The notes beneath the pieces are model-generated. The model was not told the DNA's origin, ran no database searches, and worked only from the letters and a program-made list of their open reading frames with translations. DNA of 63,244 bases, filler included, from Basidioascus undulatus (Eukaryota), in assembly GCA_000826855.1 (NCBI GenBank). It is 18 parts of 18 records of this genome, joined end to end, with 100 filler letters (N's around TTAATTAATTAA, not from the genome) between each part and the next. Parts side by side here need not be neighbours in the genome. Positions count along the whole stretch, not along the records: positions 21,534 to 44,342 come from JTLS01000284.1; 17 more parts are not named here. One strand, given 5' to 3'. Position 1 is the stretch's first letter, and every line of letters starts with the position of its first letter. The position numbers and the translations under genes are program-made. Shown here piece by piece: positions 23,386 through 38,412 of the stretch.

Positions 23386-24656
23386 ATGCCTATCAATCAG
23401 CCCTCAAATCAGAGTAAATATACTTTCAAGTAGAACTCAGACTCTACCCCCACTGACTCACCGCTCCCCCTTCCAGTCAAGCTCACCAATGTCTCGGTCG
23501 TCCGCCTCAAGAAGGGGGGAAAGCGCTTCGAGGTGAGCCCTCCATTCCAGCAGCACCTGTCCCAAACACTTTGCATCAACGCGGGTAATGCACGACTAGG
23601 TCGCATGCTTCAAGAACAAGGTCCAGGACTGGCGATCAGGCGTGTGAGTCTCCATCACCCGCCGGCGGATCTCCCGTGCCTCATCCGATATTAACAAGTT
23701 GTTTGATTTGCGGCACCCAGCGAGACGGACATCGACGAGGTCGTCCAGATCGGGAACGTCTTCATCAACGTCTCTAAAGGCCAGGTCGCCAACAACGACG
23801 ACCTGCAGAAGGCGTTCAAGACGACGGACACGGACCAGATCATCCGGGAGGTGGGCCTCACACCCCTCCTTACCCCCCATTCCTCCACCATTCCCCGCTG
23901 GAAGGCGCGCAGCTCAACGCTTATCATGACGGGGGCGTTTGCAGATCCTGAAGCGCGGCGAGCTCCAAGTCGGCGAGAAAGAGCGGAGCCACGCGATCGA
24001 CAACATCTGGCGCGAGATCGCGACGCAGATCGCGGAGAAGTGTGTCGACCCCAACACGCATCGCCCTCACACAGTTGGCATGATTGAGAAGGCTATGCAT
24101 GACGCGCACTACAGCGTCAACATGAACAAGAGCGCGAAGCAGCAGGTGCGTGGCGCGCGCTCATGCATCTTCCCTGTCTCTCCCTCCGGCAGGGGTTGAG
24201 ACGGATCGAACGCGGGGTGGATGTGGTGTAGGCGCTGGATGTCATCAAGCTGTTGCAGGAGAAGAAGGCGCTGCCGATAGAGCGCGCGAGGATGAAGGTC
24301 CGCGTGACGATGAAGGCGAGCGATGGTGCGTTTTCCCTCCCCCCAGCCTCTTCGTCCCTCGCAACCGCTCAACAGTGGTCCGTTCCCTCCCTCGCAGGCA
24401 AGAAGCTGAAGGAGAAGATCATCCCTCTGACGAGCGCGGTGGAGGACGAGGACTGGTCGGACGAGTGGGAGCTGGTGCGTCCCCCCTCCCCCTTCGCTCA
24501 AACCTCCTCTGCTTACCCGCCGCCATCCAGATCGCCCTGATCGACCCCGGCTCTTTCCGGCTGATCAACGAGCTTCTGCAAGCCGAGCTCAAGGGCCGGG
24601 GGCGGCTCGAGATGCTGAGCTCGTCGGTGGTGGGGTCCGAAGAGCGTCTGGAGTAA
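23386..24656 (+). CDS. SDO1: Ribosome maturation protein Sdo1/SBDS (complete)
   Basis: [88 protein letters not shown]. Confidence 0.97.
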
Positions 24657-24725
24657 GGCCCCTCGGCACACCCACATGCATTATACCCCTGCACTCTATT
24701 TCACACGCTATGCATGCCTGGCTGC

Positions 24726-25608
24726 TCAGTGAGCGCGTCCAGTGCCGCCTTCCCACGCCACCAGCTCGGGCACGACCACCGGCCCGAGCGTCCGGTCCCA
24801 GTTCTCGCGCCACCCCGTCCACTCCCCGCTCGCGCGCGCGCGCTCGAGGTTGTGTCGCAGGGAGGCGAGCAGCGCGCCGTGGGGGAAGTCGCGGAGGAGG
24901 TCCTGCGTGTGGGAGGAAGCGTGAGATGCGGGCGGGCGATGAAAGGCTTCTGCGAAAATGGGTACCTCGAGATTTTGGGAGAGCTCGGCTGCGTCTTGGA
25001 AGACTAGCCCGTTTTTGCGGTCTTGCACCAGCTCTTCGAGGCTTTGAAAAGGTGTAAGGCCGAGCGGCTGGGTAAGGCGAGGGTAGGGGGCGGACGGACC
25101 ATGAGAAGGCGAGAGCGCAGACGGGGAGGTCGCAGCCGAACATGTCGACGACCTTCATAGGAAGGTCGAGCGCGGATGAGCTGGAATGCAGGGAGATGCC
25201 GAGATCGGCCGACCCTACCCCCCCGGCGGACACGCGCCAATAAGCGACTGCCGAGACTGGGTCGTTCGGGAAAGAGGGGGAACGACGCCCCCCCCCCACT
25301 CACCGAGCAGCTTCGGGTAATCCTCCGCCTCCAACCAAACCGTCCTGCACTTTACCCACTCCCACCCGTCCTCCCTCTCCCGCCGCGCAACCTCCGCCTC
25401 GTACTGCGCCTTGAGCGGGCCCTTGCCCGTGACGAGCACCAAGATCTTCGGCAGCGTCCCCGCGGCGCTGGAGCGCGCGCGCTGCTCATAGGCCGAGAGC
25501 GCGGAAAGGAGGAGCGAGAAGTCTTCGTCGGCCGTCCAGGAGGTGCTGCTTACTAGCAGGGCGGGGCGCGGGGAGGAAGAGCGGGAGAAGGTGGGGATGA
25601 AGGGTGCG
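24726..25608 (-). CDS. ALG1: Beta-1,4-mannosyltransferase Alg1, C-terminal half only
   Basis: [82 protein letters not shown]. The 5' half is absent. Confidence 0.9.
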
Positions 25609-25654
25609 AGGGGGGGGTGAGGAGAGAGCTGATTAGGGAAAGAGGGGTGGATAG

Positions 25655-27759
25655 GAAGGAGATACGACGCCGATCTTTTATGCGGCTAAGGCGCTTACGA
25701 CGCTGCAGAAGGCGTATGGGCTTTTCCCGCGGATAGTAGGGAAGGGGGACGCAGCTGCCGTGCGTCTTCTTCCCTCTCCCTCTACTTCCCCTCCCTCTCA
25801 CCCCTCCCTGCCTCATCCCTTCCTTCATTATCGCCCCTCCTTCCTCACCCCGCGCTCCCGGCCCCGGCCTCGACCTTAACTTGACCGGAACTGATCGGGT
25901 CCGACCACAGAAACTCGCCTCCCTCCTACACCGAATGCGGCTTGAATCGCTCGCCGACGACCCGACCGACGCAGCTTTAACCACGCCCTCGTCGACGATC
26001 GACTCGCTCATCATCGTCGACCGCACCGTCGACCTCGTCACACCCCTGTGCACGCAGCTCACGTACGAGGGGCTCATCGACGAGTTTTTTGGGATTCGGA
26101 ACTGTCCGTTCCATCCCCTCCCTTTCCCCTTCCCCCTCCTTCCCCACTACATTCTTCATTCTTCCTTCTTCCCCTTCTTCCGAATCTGATTACCCCCCGC
26201 AAACGCAGCGCACGTCAACCTCCCCCCCTCCCTCTCCACCTCCTCTTCGCAGCCCACCACCTCCCTCGGCTCCACCTCCACCTCCACCTCTCCCCCAAGC
26301 ACCTCCGCCTCCGCCACCCCCGCCCAAAACCAAAATCAGCAGCAGAAGAAGAAGAAGCACCTCCTGCGCGCTTCGCACGACCCGCTCTTCGCCGACCTGC
26401 GCGACCTCAACTTCAGCCAGGTCGGCGCGCACTTGAACCGCACGGCTAAGCGGATCAACGAGGACTACGAGGTGCGGGCTGGCACTGCTTTCCCAGCCTG
26501 CCTTCGTTATGCTTATGCTTGGGAATTTGGTTCCGCACAGGGTCGGCACCAGGCCAAGACGGTGCAGCAGATCCGCGAGTTCGTGGGCAAGCTGGGCGGG
26601 CTGCAGAGCGAGCATCAGGCGCTGAGGCTGCGTGCGTCTGTCTGTCTGGGTGGGGGAGAAAAATGGGAGGAAAGTCGTTGAATTGCGGGATGATGCGGCC
26701 CTGTAGATACCGGCCTGTCGGAGGAGATCCTCTCCAAGACGCGGACGGACGAGTTCAACGTCGTTTTGGAGATCCAGCAAAGTGCGTTCCATCTCGTCTC
26801 TCTATATTCGTATACGGGAAGCTGAGCGGAGGGAATGGATTGGGATAGATCTTCTAGCGGGCTACGAGCCGAGCGCGCAGGTCGCGGCGATCGAGACGCT
26901 CGTGCAGCAAGAGGTGCCGCTGCACACTGTGCTTCGGCTGCTCTGCCTGGCCAGCCTTACCGGCGGGGGGATCAAGCCTAAGGTGCTCGAGAACCTGAAG
27001 CGGGAGATTTTGCAGGTGCGTTTGTGTCCCTCCATCTCCCCCTCCCTCTTCGTCCCGGTGGCTGAAAGGAGTGAACTCGGCAGACATACGGCTTCCACCA
27101 CCTCCCGCTCGTCCTTGCACTCCCCCGGCTCGCGCTGCTCCACAGATCCCCCCTCCCCGCCTCCGTCCCGTCCTTCCCCTTCCCCGCGCTGCGCAAGGCC
27201 CTCCGCCTAATAGTGGACGACGTCGACGAGCGCGCGCCGAACGACATCTCGTACGTCTACTCGGGGTACGCGCCCCTCTCCGTCCGCCTCGTCCAGTGCG
27301 TCGCGCAGAAGGCGGGCGTCCTCTCTTCCTCCTCCTCCTCCGCCTCTTCCGGGGGAGCGGGCGCGAGATTGGGCGCGCACCCGATTGTCGGGTGGAAGGG
27401 GTTCGAGGACGCCGTAAAGGGGTGGGGTGGAGAGACGGTTGATGAAAGGCCCAGCGGGGAGGAGGGCAAGGACGCGGAGGCGAGGAGGGACCGCCTGCCT
27501 GGGCAGAAGGGGACCGTGACGGTCGTTATGTTTGTGGGCGGTGTCACGTTCACGGAGATCTCCGCGCTCAGGCTGATGAGTCGGCAGACGAGAGGTGCGT
27601 TGGTTGTGGGCGCGTCGAGTGCTGGAGGAGAGGTGCTGATGAGCGGGAGGCAATGAAACAGGTCGGAAGTTCGTCGTCGCTACGACAAACATCATCGCTG
27701 GCGACTCCTTCCTCAACGAGCTTGTCCCCCCGTTGCCCGAAAGTGCAGGGAAGAAGTGA
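25655..27759 (+). CDS. VPS33: Sec1/Munc18 protein Vps33, lacking its N-terminal part
   Basis: [28 protein letters not shown]/..[74 protein letters not shown]; stop at 27757-27759. Confidence 0.92.
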
Positions 27760-27877
27760 TCCCCTCCCTGCCCACTCCCGCTGTACAGTCCCATTCGCAT
27801 GATACCCCGCATCATCCACACCGCACGCGAGATCAGAATGAGCAGTGTGTGTGTGTGTGTGGTATGCATCCGTCCGT

Positions 27878-28991
27878 CTAAGCCTCCGCCTCCTCTCCAA
27901 GCGCCCACCGCCTCAAGTCACCAACGACGACCTCCTCCTCCGCGATCCCGTGCTTGCGCGCCCAGCGCGCCACAAACTCCCGCACGCTCTCGCCGTCCTG
28001 CCCGCCGAGCATGGGCTGGCCGAGGAGCGCGCCCTCGTCCGCCCCCGCAACACTCGTAGTCGGGAAGCCGGTCGCCTGCCGGGCGAGCTTGCGCGCGAGC
28101 TCGAGCGCCGCGGTCTCGTCCTGGAAGGATGCGGGGACGGTGAGCGAGATGAGGGAGGTGACCGTCCCGGACTGGCTAGGGGAGGGCGAGGGCGAGGAGG
28201 CGGCACCGTGCGTGTACTGCCCGAGGATCGTGATCGGGCTCGATGCGGAGGAGGTAGGCGGGGGGAGGGAGAAGCCAGAGAAGCGGTGCAGCACGATGTT
28301 CTCCCCCAAGCGCCCGATCGCAGCCTGCAGGCTCTCCTGGATGCTGCGCTCGGGGGCGTCCCCGGGCTTCGCAGCGGGGTCGGAGGACAGCAAGGGCGCC
28401 TGCTTGAGCGCCTCGACGTCCTTGACATCCGCGAACCCGCCTGCCCCAGCAGCCTCATGGAGGAACGCGAGGCTGTACGCGACATCCCCCGCCAGCTGTC
28501 GGAACACGTCCGTCCGCCCCACAAAGTCCGTCTCGCACCGGAGCTCGAGCACGCCCGCCCTTGCACGCTGCTGTGCCGGCACGCCCTTCGCGACTGGCCA
28601 ACCCGAGTGCAGCACCGCGGAGGTGACGAGCCCCTGCGAGCCCACGCCGCGCGTGGACGCCTTAGCGGCTTTGCGGGAGGCGTCGGCGGACATGGACTGC
28701 GTGAGGAGGGAGAGCGTCGACTCGAGCGAGGGGAGCGTGCCGGGGGCGGAGGAGGGAGCGGCGGTGATGGCTGCTAGGGCTTGGGTGATCGAGCAGTTGG
28801 TTTGTGCGCGCAGGGCGGAGACCAGCTGCGCCCTGGCCGGCACGGAAGGTCGGCAGAAGTCAGCGTCCAGCGAGCCCTTAGTGGCTGCCTGCCGGCTGGA
28901 AGACGCACTTGGTCATCGGCTTCCCGGTCAAGTAAGACCGCGAGGCGGCGGGGAACACCTTGGACAGTCCTGCGGCGGCGGCGGTGCGCAT
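27878..28991 (-). CDS. TSF1: Mitochondrial elongation factor Ts
   Basis: Presequence MRTAAAAGLSK.., then LVSALRAQTNCSITQA..KAAK..QGLV..LELRCETDFVGR..LGENI..LARKLARQ. Confidence 0.88.
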
Positions 28992-29279
28992 TTTGGGAGG
29001 GGAGATGGGGAGAGGATGGGCAGGCGTAGGTGGGTTGGAGGTTGAGGTGAAGCGAGAAGACCCCCGGCTTCGGGCGGCTATGAGCGGGGGAGGGCCGAAA
29101 GGAAATGGTTACGGAGATACTGATCGAATGCGAATTGTCAAATAAGCTGGACTGCGTTCGGCTTGTACAGTTGGTGAATCGCAACTATCTACATGTGATT
29201 AACCAGTCTTTGTCCGAATCAAATCCACCTTGCCCATTAATTTTTGTACCCAGCCGGGCATGTCTACTCTTCGTCTTCA

Positions 29280-31922
29280 GGTCTGGATTTTCGGAAGTTG
29301 GTCTTCCGGGAAGTGCGGGCACCACTGCTGGACCCTCAGCAACTGAGCATCACGTAAAGGCACAGTAATTTTCCGTAAACCCCGGAAGAACCTGAAGGGC
29401 GCTTGGTGCAATAAGGGATGCGAAGGGAGGGCCTGCAGTGCAGCAAGCTTTCGGAACTCGAGTGGGCAGAGAAGTACGGCCGCGTTTACGAGTATCGCTT
29501 GCCCTGGTAAGCGTGTGTGAGCTGTCTGGCGAGTGGCGAATCTCCTGATCGTCATTCCGCCTCAGAATGACCACTGGCATATCATCCTTTTTGACCTGAA
29601 GGTCAGTCAACAAGATCTTTCATGGTCGTACGTGGCTCACCCATACTCGGCAATCTAGGCTATCCGATATGCAGGCCCTTCTGCTCTCAAATGTCTTGCC
29701 TGAGCCAGCCGACTTTAACAGTGCTATCCTGTTCCGCTCGGACATCAACGTGCATCTCGAGTTAGATCTCTAAGAACGAATTTCTCTAATCACCTCGACG
29801 TTGCAATATTCAGAGCAAAAAGACCGCAGCGCACGATGCCATTGCGCGCGTGGCGTGTCGAGGACTGGGTGCGCAGCTTATTGTATTTTTCTGACTCTTC
29901 GGAGGAACTAAAACTTGACGAGGATCTAGTATGGGCTGAAGTTGGGAGACTTGGCTTGGCTTCGAAAAGTTTTAGCCTTGCTCATCTATCAGTGTCCCGC
30001 AAGCGAAGTGCATCACCGACAGCGCAAGTTCTTGATGCCTCCCTTAGCTCCGCAAGCGATCAAGAACATTTCTGGATCTTTTTACCAGGCTGAAAACAAT
30101 GTGAGATATTTTATTCATCACTTAATGACCTCCACAGTAACCTGGTTGGGGTTTCAGCTCGTCGAGAAATGGAATCAAGAGATCAAACTCTCCGGTAGCG
30201 ACGAGGCGTTGGTTTGCACTTCGGAGGACTTTGCTGGTCTTGCGTAGCTTTTATCGGAATCTCAACTAAAATACCCTCAGTTTGCTCACATTTCGGGCTA
30301 TAGGTTGCCTTGATGTGGCTTGAGTGAGAGGCTGCTTTCAACTTGGTCGCATTGAGCAGCTGAAGTGACAGACGGAACCGTGGACAGTCATCGGGCAGGC
30401 GGGCTTCCTTCACAGGCAAGTCCAAAAATTCTACCATCGAAGCTGTTATTTCGCCTGAACTAAAATTGCATCCCTCAGCTTCGGCGCGCTGGCTCTCGAA
30501 AAGAACGAGCTTTCGCGTTCGTTCCCAGAAGCGACTGCTGGTGACCTTAACTGGCACACTTCATGGTGAGTACGGCACGTAAACCTTTCAGTCTAGTTCC
30601 CGTACTTAACTGGAACAAGGTTCCCAGTCAGTTACAATCTTCCGCCGCTTCGAATTCCTCTCGCGAAAGCCGGTCTCCGAGGTCAGCACCGGATCACATT
30701 CATTATGGGCCCTTGGGTTGAGCCTCATGCGTCTCAATTTCACAGACAATTGCGGAGCAGAATAACTCAAATGAAAGGCTGAGGGAGATTTCGAGAGAGG
30801 TGATTACCAAGGCTCGGAAGCACTTCAAAGAGGAGGGCCCTGCGGCAAACGACATGTCTGCATGCTGGCGTAGGGGACGTGGCCAACAAGCTCACCAAGG
30901 ACGAGATCGTGGAGAATGTGAGCTTTCCGCTGGTATCAGATCTGCTCATCACTTGCTGATGAGTTGCTTCGTGTAAAGGCTGTCACAATGATGTGCGCAT
31001 TACCGTCTTGTACTCCGGCTTTGGACTGGCACTCATTGTAACACGGAAACAACACACAGCTTTGCTGGACACGTACGCGACGCTTGCTCCCTTACAAAAC
31101 TGTCCCACAGCTGACCGGGCCGAATCCAATTTCAGGACACGTATGTTTTCCGTATATTCATGCTTCCGCAGCATCACCTAACCAATTGTTCTCGCAGGAC
31201 TGCGGGCACTCTGACATGGGCTCTGAACGCCCTTGCGATGCACCCCGATGTCCAGGTCCGCCTCTGCGAAGAGCTTCTCGCCAGTTCCGATGTCCTGTCG
31301 TACGACGATATACACGTGGGCGCTTCCCCTACCTCGAAGCTGTCATCAAGGAGACTACTTCCGCCTCTGGCGGGAACACGCCTGATGGTGCGCTGCCATC
31401 GTGCCTTCTTTTCGGCAAAAAGCTTCAATTTGAACTGAATGTTTCGTTTGGCGCCGTCAGCCTATGGAAGACACCGTGTAAGTAGGCTGAGAAATGAAAT
31501 CATGAGTCTCGGCACTCGTTGAGCACTTTATCACCACACCCAGGCTCCCGCTGGCGTACCCTATCAAGACCACCGATGGCAAGACAGTCTCATAGATCCT
31601 CATCGCCAAGGGCGTCTCGGTTCGGATCCCTGCCCGATCGCGTGGTCTTGCCTTGTCTCTGTCGAATTTTCAACGTGGGCTGACAAGCCCGTCACTTGCC
31701 ACAGAACTGTGGAAGGAGATCTGGGGCGATGATGCAGAGGAGTTCAAGCCCGAGCGCTGGCTCGGAAAGCTTCCTGCGGCTGTTAAGGAGCTGCCAGGCG
31801 CTTTTAGCGACCTCCTGACATTCTCGGATGGACACCGGGCGTGCAGTACATTTTCGCTTCTCTCGCCTTCGCAGCGCTGCGACACTCGTTTGACCTCCCT
31901 GCACAACAGTCGGCATGCGTGT
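29280..31922 (+). pseudogene. Cytochrome P450 pseudogene, 5' portion up to the heme Cys
   Basis: WIFG; HHRQRKFLMP; KLTKDEIVEN; TAGTLTWALNALAMHPDVQVRLCEEL; YLEAVIKE; IWGDDAEEFKPERWL; TFSDGHRAC/(I)GMR. Contains frameshifts and in-frame stops. Confidence 0.88.
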
Positions 31923-31927
31923 ACTAT

Positions 31928-33165
31928 ACGTCCAATTGGGCTGCGCGAGCACCTTTCAGGAGATACTCCGCTTGCCGCGCTTGCGCAAGTTCGCGACCTT
32001 GGTAGGCGGATAGACGGCGGAGAAGTCCCATGTTGGGACAAGAGGCAGGTCGACCTGGACCTCGAGAGATGATGGTGGGCTAGACGCAGAGGAAGTCTTA
32101 GCGACACAAAGGAGTGAAATGCAAGTGGAGTACAAAGAAGAGGCAGATACCGGCCTTGCTGCCATCTTGGGCAAAGCAGGCTTCGATGACCTCCCCGCCT
32201 TCGATTCCCACGATTTTTAGGCCCTGCAGCGTTTCATCACCCAAAAGACACTGGAGCTTATACGTGTACGTCAAGAGAACGGGTCTCTTAATAGCCACCT
32301 GAACGTCCTGAGCCACAGGAGCAAAAAGATCCCCTAGCGGCTGAGACCTCCCTATTTCTGTGTTCCGCCACTGTTAGACTGACCAAAACCCCATAATCTT
32401 GTCACGGACCACTCACTGTAGTCGTAGGCAAAACGCCCTTCGCGGCCGATGGTCGCGACCCGGACGTCGATGTTGTTCGGGATGTCGCGGGAGTCAAGCC
32501 TGCACATTGAAAGATTTAAGTCAATGCCTTCCTAGTCAAGAGATTCCGGCATTCAGAGTGCTACTGGGGTGTGGCTGACAGGAAGAAACGTACTGGGGCA
32601 TGGCATGGCCGTTCGGCTGGAACGCGGTGCGTTGGCGATCGAGAATGTAGATCACCGCCGGCGATCGGTGATACCAGGACGAGCGTGATCTCCTCGACTA
32701 TCTGGGAGAGCGAGGTCCGAAGGACAGACGAAAGATTGCACTGGCGTGCACCGACGAAAGCGGACATCGCGATGTACCCGCGCTGCAGCTCGGATATTGA
32801 GGGTGAAAGAGCAACGAGCTTCGAGTGGACCGTTGTGGAAGTTGTACTGTCAATCGACACCACGGTTCCATAAACTTCCAAGAAAGAGAGATTAGGAGGG
32901 CGTAGCAGCCAGTCATCGGCCAATATCGAACGAGGAACGGCCTACGCCGCGCCCTCGTACACAACCGCTACCAGCGCGGTCGGGTTTCCGGACGTGGTCC
33001 GCTCCGCGTGCGGGGGACAAGACGGCTCGACGCCGGTTCCGTGGATGGACTTGGCGGAAGGCATGGCGAGAGGGTTGTGCTGGATCTCGGACTGAAGCAC
33101 GAGTGGATCGTTCGACGGCAAGTTCGAAGTTCAACAGGGTGATCGAGGCGCACGTCCGCTGTCAT
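31928..33165 (-). pseudogene. 5' half of ubiquitin-like/KPVIY-type uncharacterised gene, copy B (broken by inversion)
   Basis: LGDETLQGLKIVGIEGGEVIEACFAQDGSKAGICLF, then SLEVQVDLPLVPTWDFSAVYPPTK..SIS*KVLAQPNW, homologous to copy A. The upstream limit is approximate. Confidence 0.7.
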
Positions 33166-35473
33166 GGCGGTCGCGGCATGTTTCCGCCAGCGTCACCAGC
33201 ATCTCATGATGGTAAGTAGCACTGTCCTTCCCAAACTTACTCAAACTCAAACCCCAGTAAAGTTCAAGCACATTCACCCTTGCCCATCCCGCCACATTTT
33301 CATACACTCACCGCCTACCCCGGTGAGAGTCCTCCTCCCCGACATCGTCCGCTTTGCATACATTCAGCAAGTCCTCATCGGCATACATTACAACCCCTTC
33401 TCTTACACGAAGGGTAAATACAAGCATAAGTAAGACATGCATGGCCCCCCGGGGAGCGCGACCCGAACGCAGCAGTCCACGCCCTTGTCCTCGCGTTTAC
33501 GGACCGGAAGAGGATGCCTTCAAAGTGCATTCTTCTCCCCTGCTGAGCACTGATTCATGAATGAAGCTCTGAAATGGATCAGACAGGAGACGCCCCAGTC
33601 CTAGAGCCTCCACCACCTCTCGCCCATCTCCCCTCCCGAAAGGCTCAAGCTGACACGCATTGCCGAGGGGAACGAGCGCCTTCGCAGCCGCTAACTGCGA
33701 GCGAACAAGTCTCGCATTCTCCTCTCTATTGCCATTCAGTTCTGCTCAACAACAGCTCGGGAACCCCAGAGTCCTTTCTGCCATCCTCCGCACCCTCGAA
33801 GACCTCGTCGAGCTCCGCGCCGCTGAGCAGTCAAGCCCTCCGCTGACATGTGCCCCTCCCACCACGCCCCAAGGTGTATTCAGCGCCCGAGCCTGCAAGC
33901 GTCGAGGAGTGCCAGTCGGAGCTGTGGTACAAGGTCAAGATCCTCCATCTTGAGAGGTTTGAGGGGCGGGATCCGACGATAGCTTGGGACGGGGTGCGTT
34001 TTTGCTGGTTCGCGGTATGAAGGATTTTCATTCTCATTTCTGTAGGCAGCCATTCCCCCAGTCTATTAAGAACGCATTTATGGTGTTGTGAATTGATTAT
34101 TTCTTTGGCCACCCCTCCCTCTTTGCGCCCCGATACATGTTTTTGTTGTAGGACCGCCGAACCTCGACAAAGCACAAGCGATCTCGCACCTCCACGTCCG
34201 CAAGTAGGGAATCATCCACACAATGCCTGGCAACTCGTTCTTAATGCGCCATCAGGCTCCTTCGCACGGTCCTGCTCGACTACAGCCCGACCCATTTATT
34301 GGTCTACTTGTCTAAGACTTCTCCGATGTTGGTTCTTGAGGAGGGTGTGAAGATAAGGGGACAACTTGTGGTTCACCTTTCCGGGAGACGCTGCGTGCCA
34401 GGTCCCGACGTCCTGTCCTGTTGATTGAAAGGCGGAAGCTGCAGGCATGAAACGGAAGATCTCCCCAAAGGCAGATCGGGCAGTAACAGGAGCCATGGCA
34501 ACCAGAAAGATGTCCACAGGAGCTGGCATCGATTGAAAACAGGAAAGGAAATTGTGCATCGCGGCCTGTTTGCAATCTTGTACGCTGTCGAAAACGACGT
34601 CGCGAAAGACCGACGCGGAGAGGACGCGTTTTGTTTGAGCCTCGAGGCGCCAGGGGTAGCGGCCTTGCTGCGCTCGAAGACCCTGTTCAACCTCATTCCA
34701 ATCAGAGGGGCCCACGTTGATGATGCCAGTTGCCAGCTATCACAGCGAAGATAATGCACCTGGAAAGGAGGGATGTGTACACCACCAAGCCGTCTGTGAG
34801 CGATACAGATGTAAATATTTCAGGCTGTCCGTGCGCCTCGCGGCTTCACAGACTGGACAGCGATAAATTGACTTCGAACTTTGGTAGACTGTTGACGGCT
34901 GGATGATGGACGCCTCGCGTCTCCTCTGCCACGTTCGACCGCCTTCCGCCGTCGTACAGAAATGTGTAGGACGCTCCCCCGCTAGCGTCTTGCCATCTGT
35001 TCTTTTATCCAGATGGGGGGCAGTCCGCAGCGCGTCCGAAATCGATAATTGTGCGGAAATGGCGGATGCGCAGACGCTATGCGATAGAGCGACTGTGCAG
35101 CGCGGATGGTGGCATTCGGGCGATCTTCGTTGCGCGTCGAGGGAGCGGGGCGCGGTGATGGGGCTAGTATCAATTACGTACGAATAGCCTTGACGCGAGA
35201 ACGACCTTCCCCCGCACTCGCGCAGCTCGCCTTCCGACTTCGTCCTCCAGGCACCTCCCTGCGCCCCCTCTGGCCCCTCAATATCCTCCCTTGGCCCCCT
35301 GCAGCCCTTCTTGACCTTTACCACCACCGTCAACCAGGCTTTCCCCTACGCGCCCCCGCCGGCCCCTCAATATCCCTCCCCTGGCCCCTGCTGTCCCCTC
35401 TTCGCCTCGTACCACCACCATCAACCACCCTCACACTCTTCTCTAGCTCCTCGCTACACCATCCCGATACAAG

Positions 35474-37176
<1,703 letters not shown>

Positions 37177-38412
37177 ACACCCTGCTTCTACCACGTCTCC
37201 CTCCGTCTCTTTCCCTCGCTCTACAATGCCCCTGCCTTCCCACACATCCCCTCTCCCGCTATCGCACCATGCCAGCAGGGCACCTTCCTCCAGCGAGCAG
37301 CGCTCGCCCTTCTGGACCGTTCTTCACGAGCAGCTTCTTCAGGTTTCTTTCTGTTTTGTTTCGTTGCTTTGCAATTTCCAGTAACATAATCTTGTAGCCT
37401 AAATGAGGGAGCATGCGGTGGATGGGAGCAGACCTGACGCATAGGGAATAGTTGGGCGGAGGTGGACGTACGGATAGGGAATGAAATGCAATCAGTTGAC
37501 AACGACGCAGTGCAAAGCTTTTCCATGTGTCTGAAGGCCCACTTCTCGGAGCATTCGGGATGGGAAGGCCGGCTTACATGCGGCCCTGACTTGGGACTCC
37601 ACGCCGGTCAGTTCCGCCTTCGCTTCTCTGCGTCGCTAAGCGTGTCCCTTTACTGCGTTTAATGCCCTATGCAGACTCACTTCTGCACCTTAATGTCGGG
37701 AACCCTCATTAGTACTCAATCGGAGAGATACTAGCACTTTAACCCATGTATGTGGCTTCTTTCGTAAGCTTGTGCTGAGAAATGTCAACCGAGGGGATGG
37801 GAGGTTATTATGCAGAGAGATTGGGTGGCGTAGGCCTGCTCACTGCATACAGCGATGATAGCTATACCTGTAGCAACAGAATGGACTTCTTATGAGAACC
37901 CTGGAGGTCGAAGTTCCTTCACCAGAAGGAATCGAGATTTGGATGTTGAGCACCACAACCTTGCGCTCGCTCAGCACACTTCGATCACGAATTGGATGCG
38001 CATTGCAAACAGAGTCCGCGCTGTCTGGGATACAAGTGTGCCCTTGTCTGAGAGAGAAGCTATTCAGGTCTGTGGGACAAATGTCTTCTATGACCCCGAG
38101 CCGGCTGGCACAGTCGGTAGTACAGTCAGGAGTACACAGCGCTACTCACAAGATCATGGACAACTGTCTCCTCCATTGAAGCCCATGTTTTCAAACTCGT
38201 TAGCACAGCCTTGTCCCATGCAGGATCTTGTTTAGCCAAGCATTTGTTACCAAGAAGAGGCTGCGCAAGGTACTTTCACCACCCTTGCGATGCAGCCCCA
38301 CCACACGGTCCACAACCGCTCACTGAGCACTGTACAGACATTCAATCACAGACTATTGAAATATTGACTACAGAATAAGAATCAAGAACAACGCTAAGAT
38401 CAAGTTCCATCC

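Noticed and set aside
27845..29045. Long plus-strand ORFs (310 and 363 aa) and many similar ORFs in the track
   Set aside because: They are antisense or off-frame shadows of GC-rich real genes (here EF-Ts).
31956..31958. TGA at a conserved Trp position, suggesting stop-codon reassignment or RNA editing
   Set aside because: The same genes also contain frameshifts and TAA/TAG stops, and intact genes use TGA as a terminator. This is ordinary pseudogenisation.
38393..38405. GCTAAGATCAAGT matches part of U2 snRNA
   Set aside because: Only 13 nt; the flanking branch-point-pairing GTAGTA and stem I are absent.
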